Part shown: positions 55,901-64,000 of the stretch, piece after piece
Layout of the letters: every line of letters starts with the position of its first letter
Position numbering within the stretch: position 1 is the stretch's first letter
DNA from: Clostridia bacterium
Lineage (GTDB): Bacteria > Bacillota > Clostridia > Christensenellales > UBA1242
Assembly: GCA_045594425.1 (NCBI GenBank)
Contig: JAZNYK010000006.1
Span: forward strand, 138,619 to 202,618
Direction of reading: 5' to 3'
DNA: 64,000 nucleotides
Program-made: the position numbers and the translations under genes
Notes under the pieces: generated by a model
What the model saw: the letters and a program-made list of their open reading frames with translations, nothing else
Told to the model about the DNA's origin: nothing
The model's database searches: none

Positions 55901-56410
55901 ATGGAAATCAGACTTGCAGAAAACAAAGACCTTCCAGAACTTAAAGTCATATTTTCACAAATTGTTGAAAATATGAACAAAAACAACATAAAAATCTGGA
56001 ACAAATATTATCCTTTTGAAGAATTTGAATCCGACATAAAAAACAAAAATCTTTATGTTTTGATTGAGCAAAATGAAATTGTTGCCGTTTTTGGTTTATT
56101 TGAAACCACTGGAGGCATGGATAATTTTGAATGGCAAAAACCTTCAGCAAAAGCGTTATATCTTGCACGTGTTGGTGTTAACACAAAACACCTTCGCAAG
56201 GGATATGGAAAATTAAGTTTAACAAATGCAAAACAAATATCAAAACAAAAAGGCTGTGACTATTTAAGACTTATGGTTGCAGATATCAACACTCCAGCCG
56301 TTTCACTATACAAACAAAATGGTTTCACTCAAGTTGCTGGCAAATACATTGAATATTCACCAACCTTAAATGCAAACATCACAGAGTTTGGATATGAAAT
56401 TAAATTATAA
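55901..56410 (+). CDS. GNAT family N-acetyltransferase
   Basis: 169 aa with an LRKGYGKLSL motif. Confidence 0.7.
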   Translation: MEIRLAENKDLPELKVIFSQIVENMNKNNIKIWNKYYPFEEFESDIKNKNLYVLIEQNEIVAVFGLFETTGGMDNFEWQKPSAKALYLARVGVNTKHLRKGYGKLSLTNAKQISKQKGCDYLRLMVADINTPAVSLYKQNGFTQVAGKYIEYSPTLNANITEFGYEIKL

Positions 56411-56447
56411 ACAAAAACCACAACAATTTGTTGTGGTTTTATTATTC

Positions 56448-56861
56448 TTATTTATCATTATTTTCTGCATCAATAACAGATTTTCTTTTGTTTTCAACCT
56501 GTTTAAACCAATAGCGTATGCCACGCCCTGCAAAAGGTTCATCATTATATCTCGGAATAATATGCAAATGTGCATGAGCAACTTCTTGACCACCAGCCTT
56601 TCCAACATTCCAGCCAAGATTATAGCCGTCTGGAGCATACTTTTTGTCTAAATAATTTTTTATTTCAGTCATAAGCAATTTTGTATCCGCCCACTCTTTG
56701 TCTGAAAGTTCAAAAGGCGAACCAACTTGTGATTTTGGAATAATCACATAAGACCCAATCAATGTGTTATTTTTAAGATTATTTGACCTAACACCCATCA
56801 TTGTTTCATTTTCAAACACAGGGTCATCTGTTTCTTCAATAATGATTTCTTGCTTTATCAT
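56448..56861 (-). CDS. HIT family hydrolase
   Basis: The start is at MIKQEII, after GGAGGTG. It has a histidine triad (HAHLHIIPR). Confidence 0.8.
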   Translation of the reverse strand: MIKQEIIIEETDDPVFENETMMGVRSNNLKNNTLIGSYVIIPKSQVGSPFELSDKEWADTKLLMTEIKNYLDKKYAPDGYNLGWNVGKAGGQEVAHAHLHIIPRYNDEPFAGRGIRYWFKQVENKRKSVIDAENNDK

Positions 56862-57041
56862 AAAACACCTCCAGCAACTATTAACAAAATCATGATACAT
56901 CAAAAACAAAACTCAAGTCAATGAAACAACTCTAACCATATTTTTGAAAAATGCAAAAATTTTCAGAACATTTACCCCAGTTGTTTGCTGAGTAATTAAA
57001 TTTTATGATAATATGTTTCTATTATTGCAGACGAGGTAAAT

Positions 57042-57749
57042 ATGAAAATAACAACCATCTTATTTGATTTAGACGGAACATTGCTTCCAATGAACTATGA
57101 CGCATTCACAAAACTATACTTTGGTTCCCTTGCAAAAAAACTTGCACCACATGGCTATGAACCAAACAAATTAATCAAATCTATTTGGTCAGGAACAAAA
57201 GCAATGGTTTTAAATGATGGTCAAAAAACAAATGAAGAAATTTTTTGGGATAAATTTACATCAATATATGGCGAACAATCTATGCAAGATATGCCTTATT
57301 TTGAAGAGTTTTATCAAACAGATTTTGACAATACAAAACAAGCCTGCAGTTTCAATTCACAAGTTCCAAAACTCATAAAATATTTAAAATTGAAAGGATT
57401 TAAACTTGCACTTGCAACCAACCCACTCTTTCCTTCAATTGCAACTCAAAAACGAACAAGATGGGCTGGGCTTGAGCCAGATGACTTTGCGTTTATAACA
57501 ACTTATGAAAATTCAAATCATTGTAAACCTAATCTTGAATATTACAAAGACATCACAACCATTCTTGGTGTTGAACCTTCTGAATGTTTGATGGTTGGAA
57601 ATGATGTTAGTGAAGACATGGTTGCCGAAAGCCTTGGCATGAAAGTTTTTCTTTTAACAGATTGTCTTTTAAATAAGGACGAAAAAGACATTTCAAAATA
57701 TCCTCAAGGTTCTTTTAATGACCTTGTTGATTATATTTCAAACCTATAA
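57042..57749 (+). CDS. HAD-superfamily hydrolase
   Basis: 235 aa with FDLDGTL motif I and GNDVSEDM motif IV. Confidence 0.8.
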   Translation: MKITTILFDLDGTLLPMNYDAFTKLYFGSLAKKLAPHGYEPNKLIKSIWSGTKAMVLNDGQKTNEEIFWDKFTSIYGEQSMQDMPYFEEFYQTDFDNTKQACSFNSQVPKLIKYLKLKGFKLALATNPLFPSIATQKRTRWAGLEPDDFAFITTYENSNHCKPNLEYYKDITTILGVEPSECLMVGNDVSEDMVAESLGMKVFLLTDCLLNKDEKDISKYPQGSFNDLVDYISNL

Positions 57750-57997
57750 AAAGCCTAAAAACAGGCTTTTTATTTTGTGAAAATTTAAACTAATTATGTC
57801 TATTTTTGTAGAAATTCATACTTTTGAATATTTAAACTTATTTAAAAATACTTAAACACAGTTTTTTGCATAAAAACAAATTTTTGAATATTTTGTTGTA
57901 GTTTTCAATACCAAAACGTATTTATTGTTTTTTTTCAACAACTTTTATATTTCATCCAAAACAAATAAAAAAATTTAAAATTATTTTAATAAATTTA

Positions 57998-58026
57998 TTG
58001 ACAAACCCAAACTGGTTTGCTATTAT
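57998..58026 (+). promoter_or_regulatory. Promoter of the tRNA pair
   Basis: TTGACA (57998-58003), 17-nt spacer, TATTAT (58021-26). Confidence 0.5.
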
Positions 58027-58067
58027 ATAAGAGCATTTTGTGAAATGCGTCTATAATATAACTATAT

Positions 58068-58144
58068 GGGGGTATAGCTCAGCTGGCTAGAGCGCCTGCC
58101 TTGCAAGCAGGAGGTCATCGGTTCGATTCCGATTATCTCCACCA
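58068..58144 (+). tRNA. tRNA-Ala (anticodon UGC), CCA encoded
   Basis: I folded the cloverleaf by hand. The acceptor is GGGGGTA/TATCTCC, including the G3:U70 identity pair. The anticodon loop is CTTGCAA and the T-loop is a canonical TTCGATT. Confidence 0.9.
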
Positions 58145-58147
58145 TAT

Positions 58148-58224
58148 AGGACTGTAGCTCAGTTGGTTAGAGCACCACCCTGATAAGGTGGGGGTCGGAG
58201 GTCCGAGTCCTCTCAGTCCTACCA
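58148..58224 (+). tRNA. tRNA-Ile (anticodon GAU), CCA encoded, unusual T-loop
   Basis: The acceptor is AGGACTG/CAGTCCT and the anticodon loop is CTGATAA. The T-arm is GGAGG-TCCGAGT-CCTCT, so the T-loop starts TCC instead of TTC. Confidence 0.8.
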
Positions 58225-58233
58225 AAATAAAAA

Positions 58234-58265
58234 ACGAATCACTTAGGTGGTTCGTTTTTTGTTTT
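58234..58265 (+). terminator. Terminator of the tRNA pair
   Basis: ACGAATCAC-ttag-GTGGTTCGT (one G:U pair), followed by TTTTTTGTTTT. Confidence 0.7.
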
Positions 58266-58581
58266 CTTAGAAATTGAGTTTGACTCGACTCTCTGACCCC
58301 CTACCGAAACTTAAAGGAGACTATTTTTGCTCTAAGCAAAAAAGTCCCTGAAACATTGCCCGCGACTTTTAAGCACACTTTATGTTAGGGCAAATAAGGT
58401 GGGGGAAACCACAAAGCATAAGGTGGTGTATTTAGTCGGAACGGCTTTGTTTTTTTGTTGTAGAAATTCCGACCCACGCCTTTCACGAAACGAAGTGGAG
58501 TATAAGAACTATTCGGTTGTCCAACCTCCTTCTACTATACCCTACCAAAAAGAAACCACGGTTTATCCGTGGTTTTTCTTT
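58266..58581 (+). ncRNA. Unassigned ~300-nt non-coding stretch bounded by two terminators (candidate sRNA or leader)
   Basis: It is relatively GC-rich for an intergenic region. It shows an internal duplication after the T-runs (TAGAAATT...GACCC...CGAAAC...GGAG), repeated ATAAGGTGG and a 7-bp GTCGGAA/TTCCGAC pairing. It ends in a strong terminator. I recognise no known RNA family. Confidence 0.25.
58553..58581 (+). terminator. Strong rho-independent terminator upstream of the YitT-family gene
   Basis: AAACCACGG-tttat-CCGTGGTTT (9 bp perfect), followed by a T-rich tract. Confidence 0.7.
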
Positions 58582-58659
58582 CGACAATATTTTTATTTTG
58601 TTAGCACTTTTTTTATCTTTTGTGATATCATAATATTGGTAATTTTAAAGGAGATATTT

Positions 58660-59562
58660 ATGTATATTAAAACAAGCAAAAAATGGCAAAGTGTTTTAGA
58701 TTTTTCTATGATAATTTTAGGAACTCTCATCATGGGTTTTGCGTTCAGTGTTTTTCTTGAACCAAACGACATTTCAACTGGTGGGTTTTCAGCACTTTCA
58801 ATGATTATCAACACACTTTTTGAAAAAATTGGTGTTAAAGGAATCCCAACATCTGCAATTTATTTAGTTTTAAATATTGGTTTATATTTGCTCGCACTCA
58901 AAACTTTAGGAAAACGATTTGCAATCAGAGCATTGGTTGGAATTTTGTCGTTTTCACTCGGAATGCAAGTGTTTAACATGATTGACTTTAACATCACTTA
59001 TGAACTTTTGATTTCTGCTGTTTTTGGCGGTTCAATCATGGGAATTGGAGTTGGTCTTGTTGTTCGCTTTGGTGGCTCAACTGGTGGCTCTGACATGATT
59101 GCAAGCATCATGAAAAGCAAAAAACCAAATGCTTCACTTGGTTCGTTTATTATTATGGTTGACATGGTTATCATTGGACTTTCATTATTTGTTTTCACAA
59201 ATGGTTTTGAACTTTTGCCTTATACCATCGTTGCCCTACTCCTTTGTATGTATATAACAGACTTCATCAACGAAGGATACAAAGAAGTTCGTGCATTTAA
59301 CATAATCACAACAAAACCTACAGAAATTTCAAATGCAATCATGGAACAACTTTCAAGAGGATGTTCTTGCACATCAGCAAAAGGAATGCACTCAAACAGT
59401 GATAGAAGCATTGTTATTTGTCTTGTTAGCAAATATCAAACAAGCCAATTAAGAACTCTCATTAAAGAAATTGACCCATCTGCTTTTGTTTATTTAACGA
59501 AAGTAAGTGAAGTTATGGGAGAATGGAATCACGCATCTTCTAGTTCTAAAGAAGAAAAATAA
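58660..59562 (+). CDS. YitT-family (DUF161/DUF2179) membrane protein
   Basis: The start is at MYIKTSKKW, after AAAGGAG. It has TGGFSALS and GGSTGGSDMIA motifs and a C-terminal DUF2179-like domain. The long GTG-initiated extension in the ORF track is rejected. Confidence 0.75.
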   Translation: MYIKTSKKWQSVLDFSMIILGTLIMGFAFSVFLEPNDISTGGFSALSMIINTLFEKIGVKGIPTSAIYLVLNIGLYLLALKTLGKRFAIRALVGILSFSLGMQVFNMIDFNITYELLISAVFGGSIMGIGVGLVVRFGGSTGGSDMIASIMKSKKPNASLGSFIIMVDMVIIGLSLFVFTNGFELLPYTIVALLLCMYITDFINEGYKEVRAFNIITTKPTEISNAIMEQLSRGCSCTSAKGMHSNSDRSIVICLVSKYQTSQLRTLIKEIDPSAFVYLTKVSEVMGEWNHASSSSKEEK

Positions 59563-59629
59563 TTAAAATATTTTGCATAATAAAAACCAAGCCTTTTGAC
59601 TTGGTTTTTTTGATTGAAAAAAGCAGGTG

Positions 59630-60286
59630 CTATGCCTGCTTTTGAATATTTTTTACTGTCAATAATCTTTTTCTGTATCCAAAATTTTCAACTTTTTCAT
59701 AAAGTTTAGCACGATATTCTTCGGCTTCTTCATAGGTGTTAAATGTTGGAAGTCTGCCTTCAACAGCATCAAAACCTGCAAGCAAGTTGTTTTCTTTTAG
59801 CCTGTCAAGTTCAGCAACATTTTTAACGCCACGCATCAACAAATAACAGTTTGGCTTGCCAAATTTTTCATAGTTCCAGTTATCTGGGTTGTTATCAAGG
59901 GCATCAAATCCAACAATTGCAACCGCAATAAAGCCACTTTTCATGTAATAGTTTGCCAAAAACTCACCATAGCAATCGCCAAACTTTGCGCCATATTTAA
60001 ATGCGCATCTAACCATTTTTGGCAAGATATGGCGAACTTCGGTTTCCTCTGCTTTTTTGTTGTTTTTGTGAACAGAAATCATTTCTTCGTCTTTGATAGC
60101 AAAGCCAGCAATTCCGTGCCCAATCAAAAAGTTTTGGCTACCTTGATAAACATCTGTGTCACGAAGAATAACAAACGAACCGTGGTCATTGATTAATCGT
60201 GCGTCACGAAGCGAATACCAAAAATCCATATACTCATTATCATTTAATTTCCTAAATCTAGGTCTAATATATACTCTATCTTCCAC
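59630..60286 (-). CDS. Hypothetical protein
   Basis: 218 aa. I recognise no motif. A hairpin terminator is shared with the convergent gene. Confidence 0.5.
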   Translation of the reverse strand: MEDRVYIRPRFRKLNDNEYMDFWYSLRDARLINDHGSFVILRDTDVYQGSQNFLIGHGIAGFAIKDEEMISVHKNNKKAEETEVRHILPKMVRCAFKYGAKFGDCYGEFLANYYMKSGFIAVAIVGFDALDNNPDNWNYEKFGKPNCYLLMRGVKNVAELDRLKENNLLAGFDAVEGRLPTFNTYEEAEEYRAKLYEKVENFGYRKRLLTVKNIQKQA

Positions 60287-60517
60287 ACCAGTATTTTAGC
60301 AATAACCAAATTTTTTATCAACTAAAAACACCTCAAATTTATTTTATTTTGCATAAAGTTAGAAAATTTAGTAATTTAGCGAAAATCTAAAAACAAAAAC
60401 TCGTTTTTACGAATTTAATAATATTTATATTATTACATATTTTATCGGTGGTTAATTTGACATTTTTTGTAATATTTTTTATACTGAAAAAGAACTAATG
60501 ATACAAGGAGTTTTTTA

Positions 60518-62296
60518 ATGAAAAAACGTATATTAAGCGCCTGTTTTGCATTTATTTTAATGCTCTGCCCATTTATTTTATCTGCGTGTGGCGACAAAGA
60601 CCCTGAAAATACAACCCCAACCATAACAAAAATCGAAGTGGTTGGTGAATTTAAAACAACATATTTTGTTGGTGAAGACTTAACCATTGATGATTTGGAA
60701 ATAAAAATCACAAAAAGTGACGGAACAACATCAAATGTGGCTTTAACCTCTGAAATGATTTCTGGATTTGATTCAACAACTGCTGGCGAAAAAACATTAA
60801 CCATCACATATAATGAAAAAACAACAACTGTTGCTTACACAGTTATCAGCCCTGCCGTTAAATCAATTGCCATTTCAACAAGTATCAAAAATGCATACTT
60901 CACTGGTGACATTCTTGACCTTGAAGGAACAAAATTAAACGTTGTTTTTGAAGACGATTCTTCAGCATCAATTAACGTAACATCAACCATGGTTACTGGT
61001 TTTGACACTTCAACTGCTGGCACAAACAAAGAACTCACAATCACTTATGGTGACAAGTCAATCAAAGTGACATATAACGTAACTCAACTTGCAGTTTCTA
61101 GTATTAGCGTAAAAACAAAAATGAAAACATCGTATTTTGTTGGTGAACAACTTGAAGTGGCTGGTGGAATAATTACAGCAACCTACAATAACGGAAAAAC
61201 CGAAGATGTTGTTATAACAAACGCTATGGTTTCAAACTTTAGCACAACGTCTGCAAAAAATGCTGTTTTAACAATCACCTATGAAGGAAAAACCTGTTCA
61301 CAAGAATATTCAGTAACCGCAATTGTTGTTAGTTCAATTGAACTATTGAATAGAGCCGAATTTAAAACTGCTTATTACACTGGTGATGCTATCACCTACC
61401 CTTGCGGACAAATCAAGGCAACATATAATAACGGAACAACTCAAACTGTTAACATCACCGAAACAATGGTTACTGGTTTTGATTCATCAAGTGCTGGCGA
61501 AGATAAAGTTTTAACAATTTCTTATGGCGGAAAAACAACAACTGTTGCCTACACCATCACTGACATTGTTGCAACATCAATTTCAATTTTACCTGAAAAT
61601 CAATTTAAAACAATTTATTTTGTTGGCGAACTTCTTGACACAACCGGTGGAAAACTTAATGTTGAATATAACAACGGAAACACCGAAGTTGTTGACATTT
61701 TGCCTTCAATGGTTATTGGTTTTGATTCACAATTTGAAAAAAGTGGAAACTTAACAATTGCTTGGGGTGGCATAAGCATCAATGTTCCATACACCGTAAC
61801 AATTGTAAAAGTTACAAGTGTTTCACTTGAACCAGGCATGAAAACAACTTATTATCAAGGACAATCTCTTGATGTAACTGGTGGAAAGATTAAAGCAACA
61901 TATAACAACGGAAAAACTGAAATTGTTGATGTTGAACTTTATATGCTTAAATCAAAATCAACATCACAAGCAAAAACATACACAACACAAATCATAACCG
62001 ACTTTGAAGATGAAAATGGTGATTTCTTCACAATTTCATTCTCATATACAGTTATTGCAAGAACAATCACACTAACAACACCATTTAAACTTGTATATGT
62101 TGTTGGAGAAGAACTTGATGTTGATGGCGGACAAATCACAATCACCTATGGAGATGAAACTCCAGATGAAATCATTGAAATCACAGCCGACATGGTTAAA
62201 AACTTTAGCACAACAACCGCTGGTTCAAAAACTTTAAAAATTCAATATGACGGACTCACATCTTCATTAATTGAATATGTTGTAAATGAAGCATAA
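60518..62296 (+). CDS. Surface lipoprotein with seven Big_3-type Ig-like repeats
   Basis: 592 aa with a lipobox (ILSAC). Seven ~75-80-aa repeats follow the pattern x-S-I-x-V...K-T-x-Y-F-V-G-E-x-L...T-Y-N-N-G-x-T...G-F-D-S-x-x-A-G...L-T-I-T-Y-x-G-K-T. Confidence 0.8.
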   Translation: MKKRILSACFAFILMLCPFILSACGDKDPENTTPTITKIEVVGEFKTTYFVGEDLTIDDLEIKITKSDGTTSNVALTSEMISGFDSTTAGEKTLTITYNEKTTTVAYTVISPAVKSIAISTSIKNAYFTGDILDLEGTKLNVVFEDDSSASINVTSTMVTGFDTSTAGTNKELTITYGDKSIKVTYNVTQLAVSSISVKTKMKTSYFVGEQLEVAGGIITATYNNGKTEDVVITNAMVSNFSTTSAKNAVLTITYEGKTCSQEYSVTAIVVSSIELLNRAEFKTAYYTGDAITYPCGQIKATYNNGTTQTVNITETMVTGFDSSSAGEDKVLTISYGGKTTTVAYTITDIVATSISILPENQFKTIYFVGELLDTTGGKLNVEYNNGNTEVVDILPSMVIGFDSQFEKSGNLTIAWGGISINVPYTVTIVKVTSVSLEPGMKTTYYQGQSLDVTGGKIKATYNNGKTEIVDVELYMLKSKSTSQAKTYTTQIITDFEDENGDFFTISFSYTVIARTITLTTPFKLVYVVGEELDVDGGQITITYGDETPDEIIEITADMVKNFSTTTAGSKTLKIQYDGLTSSLIEYVVNEA

Positions 62297-62350
62297 AAAA
62301 TTGTGCATAAAAAAAGACAATCGAACGATTGTCTTTTTTATTTTGTCTTA

Positions 62351-62857
62351 TTATTTCTTTAACAAGTTTTTAACAAGAACTGTTGCACCAGCCAAGATTG
62401 AGCAGATTGCAGCAACAATTGAACCAACTGCAAGAACATAATCGATTTCTGCAGCAATTTTTCCAACGATTGTGTCTGCACCAACTACGAAACTTGGCAT
62501 AATGAAGTAAAGCACACCAGCAACAACAAAACAAACAACTGCAACATAATCTAAAATTTTGCTGCCTTTTTTAGATGCCATTTGAAGTGCTGAAAGAACG
62601 CTACCTGCAATAACAAGAAGAACTGGGAGCAATGCCATGAAAGAGAAAGACAAAACTTTAACATCTTCTTCACTCTTACCAAAAGCAACTTGCAAGCCTG
62701 TGTATCCTCCGTCATTTTTAATTGTTCCGAGTGCTGTTTCAACATCAGGAACTTTTACTGCTTGAACAAAAAGCATAACAACTGCAACAAGTCCTAAAAC
62801 TGCAGCAACTGCATACAAAATTTTGCCAAGGTCTAAACCGCTTTTCTTTTTTGCCAT
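62351..62857 (-). CDS. Integral membrane protein (4 TM segments)
   Basis: 168 aa, hydrophobic, with an AGGAGGG SD. Confidence 0.55.
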   Translation of the reverse strand: MAKKKSGLDLGKILYAVAAVLGLVAVVMLFVQAVKVPDVETALGTIKNDGGYTGLQVAFGKSEEDVKVLSFSFMALLPVLLVIAGSVLSALQMASKKGSKILDYVAVVCFVVAGVLYFIMPSFVVGADTIVGKIAAEIDYVLAVGSIVAAICSILAGATVLVKNLLKK

Positions 62858-62932
62858 AATTTTCCCTCCTAAACATATTATTACATTTTACACCATAAAC
62901 TGTCAAACACATTTTTATTTTGTATATAATTT

Positions 62933-63595
62933 TTAACCCACAACACTTTCAAAATTATAAAGCCCCACGCCTGAAATTTTAAGCATAAAACTGACCGCCA
63001 GAAGCACACCATCAGCAAATGCAACCCTTGAATATGCCTTGTGTGACAGCGAAATAACTTCGTTTTTATAGCACACCTTAACCGTATGCTCACCCACCTC
63101 ACTGCCTAACCGTTCACACAAAACATCAACTGGCACATTTATCGTTTTTTTAATATTTTCAACAAGTTCAAGTGCTGTTCCGCTGGGCTTGTCTAGTTTA
63201 TTTTTATGGTGTTTTTCAAACACAACAACCTGATTTTCACTGCCATCAAAAATATACTTTAAACAATTTTTTAACTTCGCAATACCTATTGAGAAATTTC
63301 CTGCTTTTAAAATTGCTGTCTTTCTGCTCGCAAACTTAATTTGCTGTAAATGTTGGATTGTTTGACCCGTTGCACCAATAATCAAGTTTACTTTATTTTC
63401 TGCACACCACTCTGCCGTTTTTGCAGATTGCCCTGCATTTGAAAAATCAATTATTAAATTTGCATCTTTAATATTTTCAAAATTGTCATTTTTATCAATT
63501 CCAAAAACATCATAACCTGCAGAAATTAAACTTTCAAAGACAACACTTCCCATTTTTCCTTTGTGACCAACCACAATAATCTTTATATGTTTCAT
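62933..63595 (-). CDS. dapB: 4-hydroxy-tetrahydrodipicolinate reductase (short form)
   Basis: The start is at MKHIKIIVVGHKGKMG (ATG 63595). It has the catalytic motif EKHHKNKLDKPSGTA. The 49-codon upstream extension in the ORF track is rejected. Confidence 0.75.
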   Translation of the reverse strand: MKHIKIIVVGHKGKMGSVVFESLISAGYDVFGIDKNDNFENIKDANLIIDFSNAGQSAKTAEWCAENKVNLIIGATGQTIQHLQQIKFASRKTAILKAGNFSIGIAKLKNCLKYIFDGSENQVVVFEKHHKNKLDKPSGTALELVENIKKTINVPVDVLCERLGSEVGEHTVKVCYKNEVISLSHKAYSRVAFADGVLLAVSFMLKISGVGLYNFESVVG

Positions 63596-63662
63596 AGTGT
63601 CATAATATGACCACTTAAAAAAATTGCAACAAAAAAAAGACTTCTTTAACGAAGCCTTTATT

Positions 63663-64000
63663 TTATCTTTGAATTGCAGCATTGCCATTGCTTGCCATAA
63701 ATTCTTCAACCTCTTTTTCAGAAAGCGTTGAAACATCACCATAAAGTGTGTGCTCTAAAATTGAAGTTGCAAGACCAAACTTTAAAGCATACTCTGGATT
63801 TCCATAATCTTTCAAAAGACCATGAACAACACCCGAAGCAAAAGCATCCCCAGCACCAATCCTATCATAAATTGAAAATCTAATAGGACCTTCTGACTTA
63901 AACTCACCACTTCTGCAAATACAATAAGATGAAAGTGAATTGTCACTAGCGGTGTGAACAACACGCTCTGTTCCAAACACATATTCAACTTTTGACTGAT
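63663..64000 (-). CDS. PfkB-family sugar kinase (KdgK-like), C-terminal part; gene continues beyond the right edge
   Basis: It has a GAGDAFASGVVHGL ATP-binding motif near the C-terminus. The reading frame stays open to the window end. Confidence 0.65.
   Translation of the reverse strand, partial: QSKVEYVFGTERVVHTASDNSLSSYCICRSGEFKSEGPIRFSIYDRIGAGDAFASGVVHGLLKDYGNPEYALKFGLATSILEHTLYGDVSTLSEKEVEEFMASNGNAAIQR

Noticed and set aside
58266-58581. Possible 5S rRNA, tmRNA, RNase P, SRP RNA, T-box or c-di-AMP riboswitch in the post-tRNA spacer.
   Set aside because: A short resemblance exists between GACCCACGCCTTTCACGAAACGAAGTGGAG and the 5S helix III region. The rest of 5S is absent. None of the hallmark strings of the other RNAs is present on either strand (a tRNA-like GGTTCGA...CCA end, GAGGAAAGTCC, the SRP domain IV motif, the T-box sequence, ACGGGGA/GGGGTGAATC). 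It is kept only as an unassigned candidate.
58399-58659. 87-codon N-terminal extension of the YitT-family ORF.
   Set aside because: It is GTG-initiated with no SD. It runs through a strong terminator hairpin and encodes non-membrane junk. A clean AAAGGAG-N7-ATG at 58660 begins the conserved YitT sequence.
63596-63742. 49-codon upstream extension of dapB, and the overlapping 62881-63102 ORF.
   Set aside because: The conserved DapB N-terminus (MKHIKIIVVGHKGKMG, a Rossmann GxxGxxG) starts at 63595. The extension overlaps the upstream gene's terminator region. The 73-aa ORF is antisense junk.
1-64000. CRISPR arrays, rRNA genes, and prophage or transposase content.
   Set aside because: No array of regularly spaced direct repeats with unique spacers was seen. 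The only periodic repeats are protein-coding Ig-like repeats and short duplications. No rRNA-like sequence flanks the tRNAs. The serine recombinase is not accompanied by capsid, tail, terminase or transposase genes.

Overview
This is a 64-kb segment of a low-GC, Firmicutes-like chromosome from an apparent strict anaerobe. Supporting genes are nrdDG with NrdR boxes, desulfoferrodoxin, an NfnAB-like oxidoreductase and a class-3 FBPase. The standard genetic code applies, GGAGG-type Shine-Dalgarno sites are strong, and there are many clean rho-independent terminators.

Positions 1 to about 15.6 kb look like an accessory defence island. It is visibly more AT-rich than the rest: spot counts give 13/60 G+C at 1-60 versus 24/60 at 24421-24480. 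It carries a DNA phosphorothioation module, dndB-dndC-dndD; dndD runs off the left edge, and dndE and dndA are not visible.

Directly upstream and co-directional lies a tightly packed block:
- a DUF262/DGQQR protein
- a 514-aa orphan
- an HKD(PLD)-nuclease/DEAH-helicase fusion
- an unlisted 49-codon ORF
- a second DndD-family ATPase
- an overlapping 166-aa protein

Next come a HEPN-motif gene, a structured intergenic region, a large serine recombinase and a second HEPN-motif gene. The intergenic region holds an SD-containing inverted repeat and helically phased TTCACA boxes. No DNA methyltransferase is present in the island. This makes the block a candidate non-canonical phosphorothioate-linked restriction system, and it is the main hunt result.

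The remaining ~48 kb is mostly ordinary:
- Metabolism and stress: methyltransferase, five GNAT acetyltransferases, CinA/PncC, fbp, SDRs, nfnAB-like pair, nrdDG, ttcA-like, dfx plus an FTR-like mini-protein, NUDIX, HIT, HAD, dapB, a partial PfkB kinase.
- Envelope and transport: an ABC-2 exporter, a lipid/glycolipid cluster, and two large Big_3-repeat surface lipoproteins.
- Regulation and metal handling: an OmpR/histidine-kinase pair with paralogous small membrane proteins around a cardiolipin synthase, and cadC-cadA with two palindromic operators.
- RNA: a stand-alone tRNA-Ala/tRNA-Ile pair followed by an unexplained ~300-nt terminator-bounded non-coding stretch.

No CRISPR array, rRNA gene or phage structural gene was seen. 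All functional calls rest on motifs read by eye; no searches were run.
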